A stretch of 64,000 bases of DNA, from assembly GCA_964442255.1 (NCBI GenBank), contig CAYTYC010000001.1, positions 32,694 to 96,693 on the forward strand. Reading direction: 5' to 3'. Each line of letters starts with the position of its first letter. Position 1 is the first letter of the stretch. The DNA comes from an uncultured archaeon (GTDB lineage: Archaea > Iainarchaeota > Iainarchaeia > Iainarchaeales > 1-14-0-10-31-34). The notes under the pieces were generated by a model. That model was not told the origin of the DNA. It worked only from the letters and a program-made list of their open reading frames with translations, and did not search any database. Below are positions 19,270-29,614 of this stretch, piece after piece. The position numbers and the translations under genes were made by a program.

Positions 19270-20214
19270 TTAAAAGTGCTCAAAGCCTTTTCCGAGGGCC
19301 GTTTTTTTCCCGTTTTCCAGAAGAAAAATTCCGTCTTTTTTTGGCAGGATTTCACCGACAACTGAGTACTTCACTCCGCGTATTTTTTTCAAATTTTTTT
19401 TGGGGGTTGTGAAAACCAATTCAAAGTCTTCCCCGCCATTCAAAGCAAAATCGTGCGGGGATTTTTTCACTTTCTTTGCGAGCTTTTTTGTGTTTTTGGA
19501 GAGAGGAATCCTTTCCTTAAAAATCCTTGCGCCAACCGAGCTCATTTCGCAAATGTGCCTCACTTCAGAGGCAAGCCCGTCGCTGACGTCAATCATTGCG
19601 TTCACGTAAGGCGCAATCTTCCCTGCTTCCTTCAGCCTCGCTTTAGGCTCAAGGTGCTGCTTAACGTTTCCTTTTTTCCTTTTTCGCAGCACTTCCAAAC
19701 CAGCGGCGCTTTTCCCCAAATCGCCTGTAACGCAGATAAGGTCTCCAACCTTTGCGTCGCTCCGCAGTCTCAAATTCCTTTTGTCGACTTCCCCAACCAT
19801 GCACACATTCAAAACAATCAGCTTTCCGTGCGTTGTGTCCCCGCCAACCAGCTCAAAGCCGTATTTCCGGGCAACAGAGTAAAAGCCCCTGTATAGTTCT
19901 TCCGCGAATTTCACGGAAACCTTTTTGCTTAACGCAATTGAAACAAGCGCATATTTTGGCAGGGCGCCCATTGCCGCGATGTCCGAAACATTTGCTTCCA
20001 TTGCCTTTGCCCCTATCTGGAAGGGGGTTGACCATTTCAGGGAAAAGTGGTCGTTTTCCACAAGCATGTCAGTTGTTAAAACAAGGAAAAGGTTCTTCTT
20101 CCACTTGATTACTGCGGCATCATCCCATATTCCGACTTTCACGCTTTTGTCTTTCACTTTCCGCGTAACCCTTTCAATTAATGCAAACTCCCCGCCTATT
20201 TCCGAGATTCTCAA
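19270..20214 (-). CDS. thiL: Thiamine-monophosphate kinase
   Basis: GEFALI, DDAA, NVSDIAAMGA, GGDT, DVSDGL, GGEDFEL; TTG start inferred. Confidence 0.95.
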   Translation of the reverse strand: MRISEIGGEFALIERVTRKVKDKSVKVGIWDDAAVIKWKKNLFLVLTTDMLVENDHFSLKWSTPFQIGAKAMEANVSDIAAMGALPKYALVSIALSKKVSVKFAEELYRGFYSVARKYGFELVGGDTTHGKLIVLNVCMVGEVDKRNLRLRSDAKVGDLICVTGDLGKSAAGLEVLRKRKKGNVKQHLEPKARLKEAGKIAPYVNAMIDVSDGLASEVRHICEMSSVGARIFKERIPLSKNTKKLAKKVKKSPHDFALNGGEDFELVFTTPKKNLKKIRGVKYSVVGEILPKKDGIFLLENGKKTALGKGFEHF

Positions 20215-20222
20215 CTTTTCAC

Positions 20223-21464
20223 CTATTCCTTCATTGAACAGAATTTTCCGCACATCGAGCAGAACTCCTCATGCACCTTGGAGTCCTTCCTGTATTTCCT
20301 TGCTTTCTCCGGGTCAAGGGAAAGCATGAACTGCTTTTTCCAGTCAAATGCTTTTCTCGCTGAACTCAGTTCCCGGTCCCTTTCATGCGATGAAAAAATT
20401 CCTTTAGCCAAATCGGCTGCATGTGCTGCAATACGCGAAGAGATTACCCCTTCTTTTACGTCCTCCACATCCGGAAGCTTCAAGTGCTCTGCCGGAGTCA
20501 CATAACACAAAAAGTCCGCGCCGTGCATTGCCGCAACCGCCCCCCCTATTGCGGAGGTAATGTGGTCATAGCCGGGGGCAATGTCCGTCACCAATGGGCC
20601 GAGAACATAGAAGGGCGCGTTGTGGCAGTATTTTTTCTGCAAAAGCACGTTCTTTTTAATTTGGTGAATGGGAACATGCCCCGGGCCTTCAATTATTGCC
20701 TGCACGTCCTCTTCCCAGGCGCGCTTCGTTAATTCACCTAATGCCCTGAGTTCAGCCAACTGCGCCTTGTCTGTCGCGTCCGCAATGCTTCCCGGCCTCA
20801 GGCCGTCGCCCAATGAAAGCGTCACATCAAATTTTTTTGCAATCTTCAGCACTTCATCAAAGTTTTCATACAAAGGGTTTTCCTTTTTGTTGTGCTTCAT
20901 CCAACGCACAAGAAAGCTTCCTCCCCTGCTTACAACCCCTGTGACCCTTTTTTCAAGAAGCGGAATGAATTCCTTTTTCACGCCCGCATGCACTGTCATG
21001 AAGTCAACGCCCTGCCTTGCCTGCACTTTTATTGCTTCCAGCATTTCCCCTATGCCAATCTCCAGTTCGTTTTCCGCTTCAGCCATTGCCTGGTAAACCG
21101 GAACAGTGCCCAAAGGAACGGGGGAAAGGGCAAGCAATTTTTCCCTAATTTTGTTTAATTCCCCGCCAATGCTTAAATCCATCAACGTATCGGTTCCGTA
21201 TTTCAGTGAAACTGCCAGTTTTGCTTTTTCTTCCTCCAAATCAATTTTTGAGGGGGAGGTGCCGAGGTTTACGTTTATTTTTGTTTTCAGCCCTTCCCCT
21301 ATTGCAATTGGCGCAATGGGCGTCCTTTTCCGGTTCAAGGGAATTACCACCCTTCCTTCCGCAATTTTTTTCCTTAACTTTTCCGCTTCAATGCCTTCCT
21401 TTACTGCGGCGTTCCTTATTTCCTTTGAAACCTTTCCTTCCTTTGCTTTCCTTGACAAAGTCAT
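20223..21464 (-). CDS. thiC: Phosphomethylpyrimidine synthase
   Basis: [29 protein letters not shown]. Confidence 0.97.
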   Translation of the reverse strand: MTLSRKAKEGKVSKEIRNAAVKEGIEAEKLRKKIAEGRVVIPLNRKRTPIAPIAIGEGLKTKINVNLGTSPSKIDLEEEKAKLAVSLKYGTDTLMDLSIGGELNKIREKLLALSPVPLGTVPVYQAMAEAENELEIGIGEMLEAIKVQARQGVDFMTVHAGVKKEFIPLLEKRVTGVVSRGGSFLVRWMKHNKKENPLYENFDEVLKIAKKFDVTLSLGDGLRPGSIADATDKAQLAELRALGELTKRAWEEDVQAIIEGPGHVPIHQIKKNVLLQKKYCHNAPFYVLGPLVTDIAPGYDHITSAIGGAVAAMHGADFLCYVTPAEHLKLPDVEDVKEGVISSRIAAHAADLAKGIFSSHERDRELSSARKAFDWKKQFMLSLDPEKARKYRKDSKVHEEFCSMCGKFCSMKE

Positions 21465-21507
21465 TTCAGTTTTCGCCCCTTTCCTTTAACCCCTTTCCGC
21501 AAGAGCG

Positions 21508-22125
21508 TCATTTCAGTTTTCCCCGGATTCTTTCAACGGCCCCCTTCACGTCCTCCTGCATTAAAACCGCGGAAATCATTGAAACCTTTTTGACTCCCGC
21601 CTCCAGCACCAGTGAAAGGTTTTCTTCATTGATTCCGCCGATTGCTGTCACAGGAATGGACACGGCGTTTTTAACTTCTTTCAGCAATTCAATTCCCCCT
21701 GCCCTGCCGGCATCCTCTTTTGTGGCTGTCTCAAAAACCGGGGAGGCGGAAACATAATCCGCTCCGCTTTCTTCTGCTTCCCTGGCTTCAGCCGCGTTAT
21801 GGGCAGTAACCCCGATTACCTTGTTTTCTCCCAGAATCTTTCTTGCCTCCCTTAATTCCATGTCTTCCTGACCCAAATGCACCCCGTCCGCGCCAGATGC
21901 AAGCGCAACATCAACCCGGTCGTTCACCAAAAAAAGCGCGCCATGCCCTGTGCAAAGCCTTTTCAGCTCTTTTGCTTCTTCAACCATTTTTTTGGCGGGA
22001 AATTCCTTTTCGCGGTACTGCACCAATTTCACTCCCCCTTCCAGAGCCCCTTTCACTGTTTCCTTCACCGGCTTTTTTGAAAGCCTTCTGTCGGTAATGA
22101 AGTACAAGTCAAAATCTTGTTTCAT
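21508..22125 (-). CDS. thiE: Thiamine-phosphate synthase
   Basis: LYFITD, VQYREK, VNDRVD, GVHLGQED, AIGGI. Confidence 0.95.
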   Translation of the reverse strand: MKQDFDLYFITDRRLSKKPVKETVKGALEGGVKLVQYREKEFPAKKMVEEAKELKRLCTGHGALFLVNDRVDVALASGADGVHLGQEDMELREARKILGENKVIGVTAHNAAEAREAEESGADYVSASPVFETATKEDAGRAGGIELLKEVKNAVSIPVTAIGGINEENLSLVLEAGVKKVSMISAVLMQEDVKGAVERIRGKLK

Positions 22126-22202
22126 TTGCCCACTTCCCAAAAACTCCCCTTTTTTTTTATATTTCATCCGAATTCAACTTTCCGGGATTTCCGGATTCCG
22201 CT

Positions 22203-22997
22203 TCACTTAAACTCAATTTTCTGCATGCCCTCAACCTTTCCTTCATCAAGCGAAAAAATTTCGTCGTAAAATTTTTCCTTGTAAGTTCCTGGCCCCGTGC
22301 TTTCCTTTGAAGCCAGTTCCCCCGCGATTCCAAAAACACTTAACGCATACGCTGTTGCCTTCCAATAATCTTTTTCCACTCCTGCAAATGCCCCAATAAC
22401 TGAGGCAGCCATGCATCCCGTGCCGACAATTTTTCCCATCATGTCGTGCCCGTTTTTAACGAGCGCAAGCGATTCCCCGCCGCTCACAACATCCACTTTT
22501 CCGGTCAATGCGACAACGCAGTTAAACTTCTTGGCCGCAGTTTTTGCAATTTCCTCCAGGCTTCCTTCCACACCCATTGCCTCAACTCCCTTCACTTCCG
22601 CCTTCACTTCAGCAAGCGTCCCAATCTCCGCGGAGTTTCCTTTCAGCACCGAAACCGTCACTTCAGATAAAATTTTTTTTGCGCTTTCCGTCCGGAAAGA
22701 GGTTGCACCCGCTCCGACCGCATCCAAAACAACCGGAATGCCTTTTTCATTTGCTTTTTTTCCTGCCAAAACCATTGAGTCAATCAGCTCCGGCGTGAGG
22801 GTTCCAATATTCAATACAAGCGCGGAGGCGATTTCCGCCATCTCCGCCACTTCCTCTTTTGCGTGCGCCATTACCGGGAGAGCGCCCACCGCACGCACAA
22901 TATTCGCGCAGTCGTAAATGGTAACCCAGTTGGTTAAATGGTGCACTAACGGCTTTTCTTCGCGTATCTTCTCCAGCACTTCAAAGGCCGTATTCAT
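22203..22997 (-). CDS. thiM: Hydroxyethylthiazole kinase
   Basis: [27 protein letters not shown]. Confidence 0.95.
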   Translation of the reverse strand: MNTAFEVLEKIREEKPLVHHLTNWVTIYDCANIVRAVGALPVMAHAKEEVAEMAEIASALVLNIGTLTPELIDSMVLAGKKANEKGIPVVLDAVGAGATSFRTESAKKILSEVTVSVLKGNSAEIGTLAEVKAEVKGVEAMGVEGSLEEIAKTAAKKFNCVVALTGKVDVVSGGESLALVKNGHDMMGKIVGTGCMAASVIGAFAGVEKDYWKATAYALSVFGIAGELASKESTGPGTYKEKFYDEIFSLDEGKVEGMQKIEFK

Positions 22998-23108
22998 TTT
23001 TTTTTCCACCCCAACCATTTCTTCCGGCAAAATGTTAATAAAAGTGTTCAGTTTCGTTTCCTAAACGTTGGGGGAGGTTTTTAAAGAAGAAACGGCTATT
23101 TTCATTGC

Positions 23109-23333
23109 ATGGGCATTTCTGGAGTTTTAAGGCGCATTGTGCGGAAAAACAGGAACCCGCGCCGGGAACTGAAACCGGGGCCAGGGCTTTCCGAAAAAGC
23201 CAATGAAATCATTTACAGGGCAGAGGCGGGGGAAATTCTCCGGGAAAAACTCCTGGATTTTTTGAATGAGGCAGGCCTCCCCGGGCACGAAAAACAAGTC
23301 GTGGTTTCAAGGCTTAAGTGTTTGCTTGACTGA
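23109..23333 (+). CDS. Small orphan protein with basic N-terminus
   Basis: 74-aa ORF downstream of TATA-like TTTTAAAG. Confidence 0.5.
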   Translation: MGISGVLRRIVRKNRNPRRELKPGPGLSEKANEIIYRAEAGEILREKLLDFLNEAGLPGHEKQVVVSRLKCLLD

Positions 23334-23377
23334 TTTCCGCGAACTATTTAAACCTATTCCCGGCTAAATTCTAACTG

Positions 23378-24646
23378 GTGTTTATGCTGAAAATGAAGGT
23401 TTTAGGCGGAGGCAGGGAGGTAGGCAGAAGCAGTTTTTTGCTTGACTCTGGAGAAAAGATTTTGTTAGAGCACGGAATAAAGCTCAACCCGGACAGAATC
23501 CAGTATCCCTTAAAGCTGAAAAGCCATTTGGATGCGGCAATAATCAGCCACGCTCACCTGGATCACAGTGGAAACCTGCCAGCGCTTTATACGGACTCCT
23601 GCATGATGTCTTTTATGACCCTTCCTACGCTGGAGTTAAGCAAGCTTTTGTGGGCTGATTCACTGAAGATAGCGAAGGCAGAGGGCACTGAAGCAACCTA
23701 CACGAAAGCAGAGGTGCAAAAAACCGAAAAATTCACTTTCCCTTTGGGTTACAGGAAAAAGGTGGACGTAACGGAAAACGTTTTCATGGAGTTTTTTGAT
23801 GCGGGCCACATTTTGGGCGGGGCAATGGTCAAGCTCGATTACCCGCAGCACAGGCTCCTTTACACCGGCGACTTCAAAATAAACGAAACCCGCCTCCACT
23901 ACGGTGCGGACACAAAATTCGGCGACATTGACACCCTGGTAATGGAGTCAACCTACGGTGACCGGGAACACGGAAAAAGAAAAGAAATCGAAAAAGAGTT
24001 TGTGGAAAGCGTGCAGGACACAATAGACAGGGGGGGCTGGGCTTTGGTGCCGGCTTTTGCGGTTGGAAGAAGCCAGGAAATGATTGACATTCTCCACGAA
24101 TACAATTTGGACACGGAAGTCTTCCTGGACGGAATGGCGAAAAAGGCCGCAAGAATTATCCTTGATTTCCCGGAATTTTTGAAGGACCCCAAGTTTTTGG
24201 GGAAAGCCCTCCACTCCACCACCTGGGTTGAAAGGCACAACAAAGGCGCAATATTCAGGGAGCCCGGTGTAATTGTTTCAACTGCCGGAATGCTGGAAGG
24301 CGGCCCGGCACTGAATTATTTGAAGAGAATCTACAGCGACAAAAACTCCTCGGTTTTCCTTACCGGATACCAGGTTGAAGGAACAAAGGGAAGGCAGTTG
24401 GCGGAAAAAGGAACCATTGTAATTGACGGAGAAGAATTAAAGGTTGACGCTGAAGTGAAAAAATTTGATTTCTCCGCGCACGCCTCGCACTCAGAGCTGA
24501 TGAAAATGGCTGAAAAGGCTGCGCCTGAGAGAATTGTTTTAATCCACGGGGACGACAAAATAATTGAAGGCCTGCAGAAAGAGCTCAAAGGAAAAGGCTT
24601 CAGCGTTGAGGCGCCCGCAAACGGCGAAACAGTTGGGCTTGCATGA
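23378..24646 (+). CDS. beta-CASP metallo-beta-lactamase ribonuclease
   Basis: GGGREVGRS, HAHLDH, AGHILG, ESTYG, FSAHA. Confidence 0.92.
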   Translation: MFMLKMKVLGGGREVGRSSFLLDSGEKILLEHGIKLNPDRIQYPLKLKSHLDAAIISHAHLDHSGNLPALYTDSCMMSFMTLPTLELSKLLWADSLKIAKAEGTEATYTKAEVQKTEKFTFPLGYRKKVDVTENVFMEFFDAGHILGGAMVKLDYPQHRLLYTGDFKINETRLHYGADTKFGDIDTLVMESTYGDREHGKRKEIEKEFVESVQDTIDRGGWALVPAFAVGRSQEMIDILHEYNLDTEVFLDGMAKKAARIILDFPEFLKDPKFLGKALHSTTWVERHNKGAIFREPGVIVSTAGMLEGGPALNYLKRIYSDKNSSVFLTGYQVEGTKGRQLAEKGTIVIDGEELKVDAEVKKFDFSAHASHSELMKMAEKAAPERIVLIHGDDKIIEGLQKELKGKGFSVEAPANGETVGLA

Positions 24647-25461
24647 ACGAATTCCAAAAATTCCTTGTTTCCCTCAAGGACTCCTTCACCGCCCTCCGCA
24701 GTGAGCCAAAGCTTTTTCTCCCGAAAATCGTTCTCGCGCTGCTTTGGGGAATCCTCCTGCTTTTGATTGCGGAAAAGGCGGTGCGGTTGTTTTCCATCCG
24801 GCAGTTTCCCCCCGCGCAGATAGCGGAGCAGGCCAGCCTGATTTTTTCGGAGGTTGCGTGGCTTTTCATTTTATTTGTCGGAATGTTTTTGGCGGACGTG
24901 TTCGTGAACGCGGCTTACCCTTACTTCATTGAACGATTCTACCGAAATGAAAAAATTTCCCTTATCTCCGGTTTTGCGCACATTTCCCGCAACTCGTTAA
25001 GCTACCTGGCCCCCATTGTGCTTTCTTTTTTGGTTTCAATCCTTGCGCTTATCCCCTTTGTGTTCCTTTTCTCCTTTGCACTGCTTTCCAGGGACCTGCT
25101 TTTTATCGCCTTAAGCCTTGCAATCCTCCTTGCGGTTGTCTTCGGGGTTTCCTTTTTCTTTTACTTTGTTTACCCCATCGCGGTAATCGAAAAAAAAGGG
25201 CTTCTTTCACTGTTTGCGTCCATTAAAAGCGCTAAAAAAAACTTCTGCCCGGTGTCCTTGGCGGTTGTGATCACGATGTCTTTAAGCCTTGTCACTGTTT
25301 TCCTTGCGGTAAGCTACCGGGACATTTTGGCGGTGGGGGTTAGCGCGCTCATATTGTTTTTCGTCCTGAGAATAGTCAACGCGATGATTGCCACCTACCA
25401 GATGGTTTTGAACCCCGTGCTTTACCTGGAGTTTGAGAAAAACAGGGGGCTGGAAAAATGA
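24643..25461 (+). CDS. Multi-pass membrane protein
   Basis: about 6 hydrophobic segments, translationally coupled. Confidence 0.75.
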   Translation: MNEFQKFLVSLKDSFTALRSEPKLFLPKIVLALLWGILLLLIAEKAVRLFSIRQFPPAQIAEQASLIFSEVAWLFILFVGMFLADVFVNAAYPYFIERFYRNEKISLISGFAHISRNSLSYLAPIVLSFLVSILALIPFVFLFSFALLSRDLLFIALSLAILLAVVFGVSFFFYFVYPIAVIEKKGLLSLFASIKSAKKNFCPVSLAVVITMSLSLVTVFLAVSYRDILAVGVSALILFFVLRIVNAMIATYQMVLNPVLYLEFEKNRGLEK

Positions 25462-26201
25462 ACCGCGTTTCCCCGAAGGCAAATTTTTGCAAACCTTTTT
25501 CTAAAAGGTTTTGCCCGAAATGCGGAAAAGAAACCCTGCGCCCGGTTAAAGGCTTTTGCGCGGAATGCTTTGCATTGGACCACGCGCTCGTGGAGCTGCC
25601 GAAAGAAATCCGGGTAGAGTTCTGCAAACGCTGCAACAAAATCCGCCTGAAAGGGCAGTGGAATGAGCAGGATGAACGGCTTTTGAAGGACTTTGTTTCC
25701 TCAAAGCTAAAGGAAAAAGAATTGCGGGTAAAAGGCGTTAAAGTAAATCTTCAGCCCCTGGCGGAAGGCTCAACCGTTGCGGAACTGAATATTTCCGGAA
25801 CAGTGGACGGGGAAGAAATAAGCTTAATAAAGCAGGCTTTATTGAAGCCGAAAAGAGGGATATGCGATGCGTGCATGAAGCTTGCCTCCGACTACTATGA
25901 GGCGATTCTCCAACTCCGGTTCAAAGAAAAAAAGAACAGGGAAAGGGAGGGGGAATTAAAGAAAAAAATTGAGCGAATTTTGAAGGAAAAGAAGAAATTG
26001 GATTCCCTTGCAAAAGTGATTGCATTCAGGAAGGACAGGAAAGGCTTTGACGCGTTAATCGGCTCAAAGAAGGCGGCAAAGGATGTTGCGGAAGCGCTTG
26101 CAAAAAAAGCAAAAACAAGTGTTGTCTTCTCCCATTCCGTTGTCGGGATGGACAAAAATGGAAAACAGAAAAAGCGGTTCACCTTTTGCGTGAAGGTTTG
26201 A
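25458..26201 (+). CDS. nmd3: NMD3-family ribosome biogenesis protein
   Basis: FCPKCG..FCAEC..CKRC..CDAC, YYEAILQLR. Confidence 0.9.
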   Translation: MNRVSPKANFCKPFSKRFCPKCGKETLRPVKGFCAECFALDHALVELPKEIRVEFCKRCNKIRLKGQWNEQDERLLKDFVSSKLKEKELRVKGVKVNLQPLAEGSTVAELNISGTVDGEEISLIKQALLKPKRGICDACMKLASDYYEAILQLRFKEKKNREREGELKKKIERILKEKKKLDSLAKVIAFRKDRKGFDALIGSKKAAKDVAEALAKKAKTSVVFSHSVVGMDKNGKQKKRFTFCVKV

Positions 26202-26250
26202 GGGCGGTTTTCCGGCTGAACTCCAGGGAAATGCTTTCGCTGCAGAAGGC

Positions 26251-26952
26251 TTAAACTTCATACTTTTTGAGTTCGGTTTCAATTTCCTGAAGCGGCTTGT
26301 TTGTCACAAGCAAAGGGATTTTCTCTATTTCCGCGATTTTCACGGCAATCGGGTCAACGCTTTTTGGCCCGTGCAAAACAACTATTGAGGGCTTCATGTC
26401 CGTACTGAACCTTCCCACGCGCACGGCAATCATCGGGCTCCTTCCGTTTTCCACGTGGTCAAAAAGCAGTGCCCTTTCAGGGGTTTTTCCGTACATTTGA
26501 AGGTATTCGTGCACCGGAACATCCAGAATCACTTTCAACGAGTCAATTAAGGTGTAGCCGTAAACCACGACTTCTTTTAGCCGGGCCTGGTTTGCGACAA
26601 CCTTTGCGCCAATCTTTTCAGCAAACTCTTTTCCGTTCACCGCCCCAAAAAATTCGTGTATTCCGAAGACGTCGCTTTCGGGCTTGAATTCTTTTTCCAG
26701 CTGTTTCCTTATTTTTCCTCCGCGCTTGTCATCTATTTTCAGCAGGGATTCAATCAGCCTTTTCACCACCACGATGCCGGGGCTCTGCCTTCTGCCGCCC
26801 TCGTAATCGGAAATCGTGGAAGAGCTTACCTTCAGGTATTCAGCCAACTCGGTTTGCGACACGCCGAAAATTTCGCGCCATTTTTTCATGCTCCTGCCCG
26901 GGTCCCTGCTCAGGCAGATTTCGCCTGCCATTGTAACCGGCAGCTTGTCCAT
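26251..26952 (-). CDS. Conserved archaeal HTH regulator (COG1709-like)
   Basis: AGEICLS, KKWREIF, ISDYEGGRR, GRSPMIAVR. Confidence 0.88.
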   Translation of the reverse strand: MDKLPVTMAGEICLSRDPGRSMKKWREIFGVSQTELAEYLKVSSSTISDYEGGRRQSPGIVVVKRLIESLLKIDDKRGGKIRKQLEKEFKPESDVFGIHEFFGAVNGKEFAEKIGAKVVANQARLKEVVVYGYTLIDSLKVILDVPVHEYLQMYGKTPERALLFDHVENGRSPMIAVRVGRFSTDMKPSIVVLHGPKSVDPIAVKIAEIEKIPLLVTNKPLQEIETELKKYEV

Positions 26953-27057
26953 GAATTCCCCCCACGAATCAAAAAAGTTTAATTAAATTAAAGAAAAGAC
27001 CCCTTAAAAATGTTTCGTCAATCGTCTGAATTGAATTTGAGGGCTTGACGAAGTGTT

Positions 27058-27165
27058 TCAGAGCTCGTGGAAGTCTTTTTCATCTCTTTTAAGCGGCTTC
27101 AAGCTTTTATGAACCCCAAACCTGCTTATTGGTGTTTCTTGCGGTTTCCTGGTTTTTTTGTTCAT
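27058..27165 (-). pseudogene. 35-aa ORF resembling an antitoxin C-terminus
   Basis: hand translation MNKKTRKPQETPISRFGVHKSLKPLKRDEKDFHEL. Confidence 0.3.
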
Positions 27166-27186
27166 TTTTATTTACTTTAATTGTAA

Positions 27187-27281
27187 CGGGCCCGGTGGGA
27201 ATCGAACCCACGACCTACAGCTTAGGAGGCCTGCGGGGTTCTGGAAGAACCTTGCCGCCCTATCCACTAGGCTACGGGCCC
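27187..27281 (-). tRNA. tRNA-Arg(CCU) with 22-nt BHB intron at 29/30 (27231-27252)
   Basis: full cloverleaf after intron removal; BHB with GCGG/CCGC helix and CA|A, AG|G bulges. Confidence 0.92.
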
Positions 27282-27327
27282 ATGAAAAACAATTGAACCA
27301 AGAAGAATTTAATCTTTGCTGTGGGCT

Positions 27328-27888
27328 TTAAACCAAAAACCACAGCACAATTCCCGTGCCCAAAGGGATAGTTAAATTGTCCTCGAATTCCAGGAGTTCG
27401 GCAAGCATTCCTCCGGTGGAGGCAAGCAAAGCGATTTCCAATGGAAACAGCATCCACAGGTAAAAGGCCGAAACCAGTATTCCCGCAACCGTGCCTTCCG
27501 CGGAGCGCCTGTTCGGAAGGCAGATTGAGCCAAACTTTTTTCCCGCAACCGTTGCAATTGAGTCTCCAAACACCAGCACAACCAGTGCCCCTAACACGAT
27601 CAGCAGATTGTTGTAGAAAAGAAAGCTTATGGCAAGGGTTCCCGCAAAAAAAGACAGGGCCCCTTTTCCCGGGAGAAAGGCTTCCTCCTGCCTGCCCACA
27701 AGCTTCACGATGTCGTGCACAAGAAAAGTTTTTGCCTTCCTTTTAATCATCAACGAAAGCGAGAAGCCGATTGCAAGCACTCCAATGTTAATGAAAATGT
27801 AAGGCACAACTCCAACCGTGCCGACCAAAAGAATCACAAGGCACCCGAAAAAGTAATGCAAAAACTGCCTCCGTATTTCCAAATCCAT
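27328..27888 (-). CDS. Dolichol/phytol kinase-like (SEC59) membrane protein
   Basis: RQFLH, GDSIATVAGKKFG, RSAEGT, EDNLTIP. Confidence 0.85.
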   Translation of the reverse strand: MDLEIRRQFLHYFFGCLVILLVGTVGVVPYIFINIGVLAIGFSLSLMIKRKAKTFLVHDIVKLVGRQEEAFLPGKGALSFFAGTLAISFLFYNNLLIVLGALVVLVFGDSIATVAGKKFGSICLPNRRSAEGTVAGILVSAFYLWMLFPLEIALLASTGGMLAELLEFEDNLTIPLGTGIVLWFLV

Positions 27889-27914
27889 GCAAAAATAATC
27901 CGCGAACCCTTTAA

Positions 27915-28685
27915 TTAACTTTTTCTCTGCAGGAAGGCCATCGCGTGCTCCGGGTGGAAGGGCTTCAGGAGAACAAGCTCAAGAAGTTTGAATTCAGGCT
28001 CCAGTTTTTTCAGCTCTTTCCGGAAAATCTCGTGAATCCCCATTTTCTGTGAAATGCTTCTCGCCTTAATCGCAAGAAGTCCGAATCCTTTTGGCTTCAG
28101 GAAAAGCCTGGCGTTTTTCAGGAAAATTTCTGCCTGGTTTTTCTGGGAGACATCCTGGTAAAGCAAATCCACTTTCTCGTTCCCCAAATCCTTTAAGTAC
28201 AGCTCCGGCCGGTTTGCGTCGGCAAGCACAGGGATAATGTTTTCCCTTTGCTCGCTTACTTCAATCAATTTGGGCATTACCCTTGCGCTCACGTCAACAG
28301 CAAAAATTATTCCCTCTTTCCCGGCCAAATCCGAAAAGTGCGAGGCGGTTGTCGCCTCCGCTGCACCCAGGTAGAGAACGGATGAGCCGGCTTCCAATGG
28401 CAGTTTCTTCAGGCCGGAGTGCAGTGCGGCTGCGCACTTTGATCTGCGAGGATCCCATTGCCTGAACTCTTTTCCCCTGATTTTCAGCAGCTTTTCACCG
28501 TAGACTTTAATGCCGGGGCACAGGTTTTCAGTGAAAATGTGTTTTCCCTGGAAAAGCAGGCTTTTTTCTTCAAAAGAATTTTCCCGGAAAGCATGCCTTT
28601 CCGTATTTCCGCCTTTTTCCTGAAAATTTTTTCTTTTTCCTTTCTTCCGCCCTTTTTTTGGGAAGACGGTGTTTTCTTCCTTCAT
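27915..28685 (-). CDS. flpA: Fibrillarin-like 2'-O-methyltransferase
   Basis: VYGE, WDPRRSK, VLYLGAA, YQDVSQ. Confidence 0.95.
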   Translation of the reverse strand: MKEENTVFPKKGRKKGKRKNFQEKGGNTERHAFRENSFEEKSLLFQGKHIFTENLCPGIKVYGEKLLKIRGKEFRQWDPRRSKCAAALHSGLKKLPLEAGSSVLYLGAAEATTASHFSDLAGKEGIIFAVDVSARVMPKLIEVSEQRENIIPVLADANRPELYLKDLGNEKVDLLYQDVSQKNQAEIFLKNARLFLKPKGFGLLAIKARSISQKMGIHEIFRKELKKLEPEFKLLELVLLKPFHPEHAMAFLQRKS

Positions 28686-28724
28686 TTTTTATTTCCTGTT
28701 TTTTTGCCTTTTTTTGCAGGAAAT

Positions 28725-29537
28725 TCATTTCCTGCCTTTTTTTTCAAGCTCTTTGGCTTTTCGTTCAATGCCGGATTTCAGTTCAGGAAAAAGCCGTTTT
28801 TTGCCGAAAAAGTCCTCTTTTAAGGCAATGGAAAGCTTTCCCGCCAGAGTTCTGGATAATTTCCCCTTATTCCAGGGCTTTGCCTTTTTTATGATTGGGT
28901 TGGAGTAAAGGATTCCGTATTTTGGGGGCTTTGAGCCGTGTTTTAGGTGCTCGAACAGCGCTTTTTCTGCACCCAAAACCTGCAGGGTTGAAGAGGGCAT
29001 GAACGCTAATCTGCGCAGGGAAGATGCTTTTGCAAGCATTTTGGCGGCAAGGAGCGGTTCTGCCAGTTCCGCAAAATTTGGTGCAAGGGACTTCATTTCA
29101 GAGGCAATGTAGTCGGCAAGCTTTTCCCTTTCCTGCCGGATTGAAAGCGCGTTTTCCGCCAGCATTTGAATTTGTTCCAAATCCTTTTTCTCTATTTCCC
29201 CTCCCATGGATGAAGGGGCTTTTGCCTCAATTTTTGCAGCCGCCTCTTCGTTTTGGTAGGCTTTAAGGATAATGCTTTTTTTGAATTCTTTTCTTTCCCC
29301 AAGCGAAACCAGCTTCAGAAAGGATTCGTGGTCGCGGACAAGCGAATTCAGTTCAGGGAAGTGAATGCCGTACCATTCCCTGCACTGCTCCGCAAGAATG
29401 TTGAATGATTCATCCAAATCCTCCAGAAGGTTGACTGCCTTAATTATGTGAACGTCCTTTCCTGTGAACGCTTCAGCAACGCCTTTTTTTGCCTTTGAAA
29501 GCATTTTTTTCCTTAGCTCTTCGCGTTTTTCCACCAC
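28725..29537 (-). CDS. nop5: C/D-box RNP protein Nop5 (short form)
   Basis: REWYGIHFPE, QVLGAEKALF, PPKYG. Confidence 0.92.
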   Translation of the reverse strand: MVEKREELRKKMLSKAKKGVAEAFTGKDVHIIKAVNLLEDLDESFNILAEQCREWYGIHFPELNSLVRDHESFLKLVSLGERKEFKKSIILKAYQNEEAAAKIEAKAPSSMGGEIEKKDLEQIQMLAENALSIRQEREKLADYIASEMKSLAPNFAELAEPLLAAKMLAKASSLRRLAFMPSSTLQVLGAEKALFEHLKHGSKPPKYGILYSNPIIKKAKPWNKGKLSRTLAGKLSIALKEDFFGKKRLFPELKSGIERKAKELEKKGRK

Positions 29538-29614
29538 AACACCTTTTTAATATACACTTAAATAATATTATAAACCAAATCTTGAAGGCTAAACCGAAAA
29601 AAGGAATGGTTTAA

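Noticed and set aside
23000..23105. TPP riboswitch upstream of thiM
   Set aside because: Conserved TPP aptamer motifs not seen on the coding strand
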